From Gloeobacterales cyanobacterium (GTDB taxonomy: Bacteria; Cyanobacteriota; Cyanobacteriia; Gloeobacterales; PMM-0068): DNA of 64,000 nt. The notes below the pieces were generated by a model. The model did not search any database. It saw nothing but the letters and a program-made list of their open reading frames with translations, and had not been told where the DNA came from. The DNA is taken from positions 5,851 to 69,850 of the forward strand of contig JBAUTB010000089.1 of assembly GCA_049582005.1 (NCBI GenBank), in the 5' to 3' direction. Below are positions 59,620-64,000 of the stretch, in pieces. Every line of letters starts with the position of its first letter. The first letter of the stretch is position 1. The translations under genes and the position numbers were made by a program.

Positions 59620-59919
59620 TCAAAATAAGCCAAAATGCTTAGGCTTGGGATGGAACTTCGGGTACATCATCGCTTGGACAGGCTTATTGCCTGTTAGATG
59701 TTCCTGCACCAAAATGGGCACTTCACTGTAATGCACCCGTGAATACCAAATCTGTTCGGGCATGACTAAAACCATAGGTCCAGAACCACATTGGCCCAAG
59801 CAACCGGTACCCGATACCGTCACGCCAGGCAGATCATAGGTTTGCAGGGCGGTTAGCACTTGAGCGGAGCCGTCCTTTAAACACGTACGATTTTGACAAA
59901 CTAATACAGTTTTTTCCAA
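59620..59919 (-). CDS. thioredoxin-like [2Fe-2S] ferredoxin domain protein
   Basis: VLVCQNRTC....GCLGQCGSGPMV Cys pattern. Apparent TTG start. Confidence 0.75.
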   Translation of the reverse strand: MEKTVLVCQNRTCLKDGSAQVLTALQTYDLPGVTVSGTGCLGQCGSGPMVLVMPEQIWYSRVHYSEVPILVQEHLTGNKPVQAMMYPKFHPKPKHFGLF

Positions 59920-60047
59920 GGCTCAGGTATCAATTCTATCTTCCATTTTAAAAGGTGCTATTTGCAAGGTTTGTGATCCTCATCATTCCTTTACACGCAC
60001 TCCCTATCAGGATTTAGTACTATAGATATAGATTCTCGGATAAACCT

Positions 60048-60314
60048 ATGCGCACGTTTTTTCTTGCTTTTGTGCTTTTAGGATTGAGTATCGTCCCTGC
60101 TACGGCAGCTGAAAAGACCGTATCTCGGTCCTTTGTATGTTTACCAACTGAAAATGCCACAACAACCGCTGACCTGCCAACACGAACGGTTACAGCTTCT
60201 GCGGACAATCCAGAAGATGCCAAATATAAAGCCCATTTAGAGGCTACCGAGGTCTGCAAGAAAGAAGGACAATTGTACCGCTGGTCTGGGGATTGGCAGC
60301 TCAAAGGTTCTTAA
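60048..60314 (+). CDS. small secreted protein
   Basis: Signal peptide MRTFFLAFVLLGLSIVPATAA. 88 aa with two Cys. Preferred over the antisense ORF 60020-60304. Confidence 0.5.
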   Translation: MRTFFLAFVLLGLSIVPATAAEKTVSRSFVCLPTENATTTADLPTRTVTASADNPEDAKYKAHLEATEVCKKEGQLYRWSGDWQLKGS

Positions 60315-60476
60315 CATTTAAATATTAATGTCCTAAGGATTAAGACAGGGAAAGTAAACATACTGCAACAATTCGCAGCAGGAATGTAGGATTTATCTAT
60401 ACTTCTTAGTAAGGGGATATCTTTTTCTCCTTGGCTGATTAGTTGTAGTATTCCCTAAATTCCTAAAGGTTTTATT

Positions 60477-60782
60477 ATGGCCGACTTCAAAAGGTATCGT
60501 TTCGCTTGTACGCTCACATTTGGAGATATCTACGGTCAAATTATTGTTTGGCTAGGAGTGATTTTTGTAAGTTTAGCTGCGGCGCTGGCTGCTATGGGCG
60601 CCAATAATCCTATATTTGCTCTCATCACCGTAGGACTGATTTGGGTAGTATCTTTACCTTTCTTGCTCTTCGCTTTTGTAACAACGCTTTTCAATCACAT
60701 TGAAATATCGACAGAAGATACGCAAGAAGAAGTGACAACTTCCACTGCCATGTTTACCCGAGCTCAACCTCAGGGTGAATAA
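60477..60782 (+). CDS. small membrane protein (two TM segments, acidic tail)
   Basis: 101 aa. IIVWLGVIFVSLAAALAAM and FALITVGLIWVVSLPFLLFAFV. Confidence 0.5.
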   Translation: MADFKRYRFACTLTFGDIYGQIIVWLGVIFVSLAAALAAMGANNPIFALITVGLIWVVSLPFLLFAFVTTLFNHIEISTEDTQEEVTTSTAMFTRAQPQGE

Positions 60783-60854
60783 GTCTTAGTCTTCTAAGGG
60801 GGCAAGTTTTAGGCGATGATACGCTGATATGGAAAGTTGAGGACATAGCGTTTC

Positions 60855-61331
60855 ATGGCAGAACTGGAACAGGCTCCTAAAGCCGTGGATGAGCCCGTCG
60901 CCTACGATTGGCTTTTGCAGATCTTAATTAGTGTCACCAACACTACGGGGATCCCTTGTCCGATCACCCTCAATGTGGGTGGGCTTTTAGTCTCTGGAGA
61001 ATTGGTGAGCGGTCTGCAGTATTTTGAAGAGTTCGCTCAGAAAATGGGTTCTGCGGTGAAAGAATCGGAACGGGAAGAAATAGAAGCCATGTTCCGAGAA
61101 ATGGGGCAAAGTTTTTATTCTAAAGAAAAATCTCCAGAGGCTCCACCCCCCCCCAATCCCCACTTTATCCATCTCCAAAATGTAAAAATCTTTAACCCGG
61201 AAGGATTGCCTTTCCCTTCGAATGACGGAGCTTTTTGGCGTGGTCGCTTAGAAGCTGTCGATGGTTTTATGTTGGGTTCTCTCACTCCCCAAATCGGTGG
61301 TATGGATGCTGATGAGATTGTAGAAGATTAA
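60855..61331 (+). CDS. hypothetical protein, possibly GvpU-like
   Basis: 158 aa. ITLNVGGLLVSGELVSGLQYFE, HFIHLQNVKIF and FWRGRLEAVDGFMLG resemble what I recall of the gas-vesicle accessory protein GvpU family. Recalled from memory only. Confidence 0.5.
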   Translation: MAELEQAPKAVDEPVAYDWLLQILISVTNTTGIPCPITLNVGGLLVSGELVSGLQYFEEFAQKMGSAVKESEREEIEAMFREMGQSFYSKEKSPEAPPPPNPHFIHLQNVKIFNPEGLPFPSNDGAFWRGRLEAVDGFMLGSLTPQIGGMDADEIVED

Positions 61332-61381
61332 TATAGCCATACTCAATTGCCTGTAAAGGCGCGCTATACCGCACCTCCTTT

Positions 61382-62533
61382 CTATCGCTCAGACCATAGG
61401 TGATCAAACTCTTGCCCAAAGCTTTGGCTCAGGGCTTTATTATTATGGACGATTAATAGATTTTCATCATTGCGGGTATTCGCTCCATTGGAAAAATTGA
61501 AAGAGCCAAAAGCGACGCTAGGGGTATCACTATCTCGGTCAATGAGCAGTACTTTGTGATGCATCATATAGAGATTCGTATCTTCCCGTATTTCTCCTCC
61601 TAGGGCAGACAAACGGAGAAAGCTGGAGTAAGTAGAGTTTTGCTTTTGTTCGAAGATTCCTCGGACAGAGACACCTCGTGCAATATCTTTTTGTAAGGTT
61701 TTCTCCAAAGCTTTGGCCGTGAAGCTAAAGGCCAAAATATCTACGCTATGCTTTGCTTTTGCTAGGGCATCTTCTAAGGCTGCAAGTGGTCGATCTTCTG
61801 GACTAAAATAGGTTTCAAGGACCGTACCATCTTTTAGCTGAATCTTTGGATAGGGAGTCTGAGGTAGTTTCATCAGACCAAATTTGCCTGACCAAAGTTG
61901 TTCAAATTCAATTTGGTAGTTGTCAATAAGCTGAGCGATGGCTGAATCCTGGCGACTATCCCAAAAGACAAAGTTATTGTTATTGCGCTGCGTGCAGTTG
62001 CGGGTGAAGTTCATAGACCCCATGCCTAAAACTTTTCCATCAATAATCAAAAATTTGTTATGCATTAACCCTCTATTTTCTGCCCCATCATCCTCTACTG
62101 GAATGCCTTGCTGTTCCAATTTTTGTAGAGGCACTTCCTGGCGATTGCCATGTTCGGTGACTATGCGGATTTGCACCCCTCTACTCTTTGCCTGGCTGAT
62201 CGCTTCGGTAATAGATTTATTATTTAATTCATAGGCGGCTATATCTAATGTGCTTTTGGCTTGATTAATATATGCTGCAACAGCTTCTCCAATCGGATCT
62301 GTGCTCTCATTCTGACTGGTCTGATTTGGATTTGTGAACAGCAGAGTATATGGCTTAGCAGCAGATAACCCATGAACTGGAGAATTAGTGGTTTGAGCAC
62401 ATCCACTCAATATTCCAGCGAGAAAAATAGTTAACAGTACCCCTAAAATGAGACTGGGCTGGGAGTGATTTTGATATTTAAAAATAGATAGCCAGATTTT
62501 TCCCCTGCAATCTAAACACTGCTTATTTTTCAC
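61382..62533 (-). CDS. phospholipase D-family lipoprotein (two HKD motifs)
   Basis: Lipobox LAGILSGC. HKD motifs HNKFLIIDGKVLGMGSMNFT and HHKVLLIDRD....GSFNFS. GTG start. Confidence 0.8.
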   Translation of the reverse strand: MKNKQCLDCRGKIWLSIFKYQNHSQPSLILGVLLTIFLAGILSGCAQTTNSPVHGLSAAKPYTLLFTNPNQTSQNESTDPIGEAVAAYINQAKSTLDIAAYELNNKSITEAISQAKSRGVQIRIVTEHGNRQEVPLQKLEQQGIPVEDDGAENRGLMHNKFLIIDGKVLGMGSMNFTRNCTQRNNNNFVFWDSRQDSAIAQLIDNYQIEFEQLWSGKFGLMKLPQTPYPKIQLKDGTVLETYFSPEDRPLAALEDALAKAKHSVDILAFSFTAKALEKTLQKDIARGVSVRGIFEQKQNSTYSSFLRLSALGGEIREDTNLYMMHHKVLLIDRDSDTPSVAFGSFNFSNGANTRNDENLLIVHNNKALSQSFGQEFDHLWSER

Positions 62534-62605
62534 ACCTGCATCTCTGGGGAAATAATTCTAGTTCTAGATCCAACGTGCCCCCAGAAGGAATTAAATTATC
62601 ACTTG

Positions 62606-63451
62606 CTAGCGTCGGGAGCTTTTTGCAGGAGACGGAGGGTCTGGGATCGGAGATTCATTTTGGGCCTGCGGAATTTTTAGAGTGGCGGCATCGGCTCGCG
62701 AGAAGTCTTTGAATGCTTCTAGATAGTGCGCGGCTAACTTCTTTCTTGTGACATCTGTAAATGCAGTGGTGCTCGTAAATTTAAAGCCATTAATCACAAC
62801 TTCAGAGCTTTCTACCGGATACATAATGTCTTTGCTATCGTCGTTATGACCAAGTCCTAGAGAATGACCGAGTTCATGAGTTGCCACTATTTCAATTTCA
62901 CCTGCTCCCGCTGGCCCTACGGTGCGGTCTACTTGAATTCCAATAAACGGAATGTAGCTAGTCGTGACCCGATTCACAATGAACGTAAGCTCAGATCTAG
63001 TGAACTTGCGAAATTTTCCATCAGGACTCTTAGGCATTGAAGTGAACGACCGTTCAAATCCAACTTGTTTACCTTCTCTATCCAATACCCAGCCAATTGT
63101 GACATTGGCTATATTTGGGTCTTCTGTCTCTTGAAAAATTGGCTTACCATTGATCCCTGTTGCATTCCAGGCTTGCATGCCTTTACGAATAGCGGCTTTA
63201 TATTCCTCTTGCTTTTGGGCTACTTTTTCGGGCAAGGGTTGGATAAATACTTTTAGGGGAAAAGCATCCTCTGGCCAAGCTTTTGGCTGTTTATAATCAG
63301 TCCAAACAGCTTCTCTAGGGGTTGCTTGATACCCCTTGGGAGCTGCGCGTATCAGAGGTGGATTGAGTAGAGTGGTTAGGCTGGCGGATATAAGACCGAG
63401 CATTAAAGCCTTTTTCCAGTTCACGTTAAACCAGTGAATCATAAACAGCAT
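62606..63451 (-). CDS. matrixin-type (M10) zinc metalloprotease, exported
   Basis: HELGHSLGLGHNDDSKDIMYP (HExxHxxGxxH plus Met-turn). Signal-like N-terminus. Confidence 0.8.
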   Translation of the reverse strand: MLFMIHWFNVNWKKALMLGLISASLTTLLNPPLIRAAPKGYQATPREAVWTDYKQPKAWPEDAFPLKVFIQPLPEKVAQKQEEYKAAIRKGMQAWNATGINGKPIFQETEDPNIANVTIGWVLDREGKQVGFERSFTSMPKSPDGKFRKFTRSELTFIVNRVTTSYIPFIGIQVDRTVGPAGAGEIEIVATHELGHSLGLGHNDDSKDIMYPVESSEVVINGFKFTSTTAFTDVTRKKLAAHYLEAFKDFSRADAATLKIPQAQNESPIPDPPSPAKSSRR

Positions 63452-63561
63452 CTTGTATCCTTTCCCCGCTTCTTAGTCTAATATGGCTGTATAGAGTGTC
63501 TCGTTAAGAACCAGTCATAGAAAAGATTTACGGTGATATTAGGGGGATCAAGAACGACCAG

Positions 63562-64000
63562 GTGCGCCGCCTAGGCCATCTGTATCGCCGCTCCCTTCCC
63601 GCAGATGTATTTACCACACCAGAATTTGCCCAGCGTCTTGCTGCTTTGAGCGCAGAAATAGACGCTTCCCTGTGTGTCTATGTTAATCGTCGGGGACAGA
63701 TCGTCCGAGTGGCTGTGGGAACTCCCCACCAGACACAGTTTGCGCCCCATGAATTGCCTCGGCAAGGGGCTGAACGACTCTCCGGCCTTCGCTGTATCTC
63801 GACCCAACTGCATACGGGTGCGCTTCCCAAGTCAGCCTTGACAGCCCTTGCCATGCAACGTTTAGATGCGTTGGTCACCCTTAGTGTTTCCTCAGAAGGG
63901 AGAAAGCGAAAAAGCGCTGCTCCTACAGGCTTTGTCCAAGAGATCCATCTGGCGCATTTGGTGGCAGACCCTATGCGCTGGTCTGTTCTTCGTTTGGAAT
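63562..64000 (+). CDS. hflX: GTPase HflX, 5' part (continues beyond the window); true start unresolved
   Basis: My translation gives ..IYGDIRGIKNDQVRRLGHLYRRSLPADVFTTPEFAQRLAALSAEIDASLCVYVNRRGQIVRVAVGTP..ERLSGLRCISTQL..ALAMQRLDALV, matching the long cyanobacterial HflX N-terminus. The first canonical start is GTG 63562, but similarity extends upstream to about 63517. Confidence 0.75.
   Translation, partial: MRRLGHLYRRSLPADVFTTPEFAQRLAALSAEIDASLCVYVNRRGQIVRVAVGTPHQTQFAPHELPRQGAERLSGLRCISTQLHTGALPKSALTALAMQRLDALVTLSVSSEGRKRKSAAPTGFVQEIHLAHLVADPMRWSVLRLE

Noticed and set aside
1-64000. I searched for CRISPR arrays, IS elements or transposases, tRNA/rRNA genes, group II intron or retron reverse transcriptases, and toxin-antitoxin pairs.
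   Set aside because: I found no regularly spaced repeats, no transposase- or RT-like ORFs, and no tRNA-like T-arm (GTTCGAATC-type) sequences in the intergenic gaps I read. The window appears to be core chromosome.

Overview
This window looks like a core chromosomal segment of a cyanobacterium. The diagnostic features are a split rpoC1/rpoC2 (RNA polymerase gamma and beta-prime), gap2, cynS, ycf33-like/DUF751, DUF3084, DUF3386, NnrU and ktrAB. It is densely coded, with about 65 supportable CDSs on both strands. Many neighbours overlap by 1-30 nt, which suggests translational coupling. Several starts appear to be GTG or TTG. In my reading I found no rRNA, tRNA, CRISPR array, transposase/IS or prophage genes, and no perfect HIP1 (GCGATCGC) site. 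All product calls rest on motif-level recognition of the translated ORFs. No database search was possible, so family names are recalled rather than verified. I do not see a convincing complete novel multi-gene system. These observations are most worth a second look: (1) a 34-nt intergenic element present at two distant loci (31/34 identical), with a degenerate third copy; (2) a methanogen-type COG1900/DUF39 'homocysteine biosynthesis' homolog translationally coupled to an alpha/beta hydrolase, starting 5 nt after the rpoC2 terminator; (3) a visibly AT-richer block at 59-63.5 kb encoding small secreted/membrane proteins, a possible GvpU-like protein, a PLD-family lipoprotein and a matrixin-type metalloprotease; (4) a solitary circularly permuted ATP-grasp gene; (5) an in-frame 24-nt tandem duplication inside cbiA; (6) an hflX whose conserved N-terminus has no canonical start codon.
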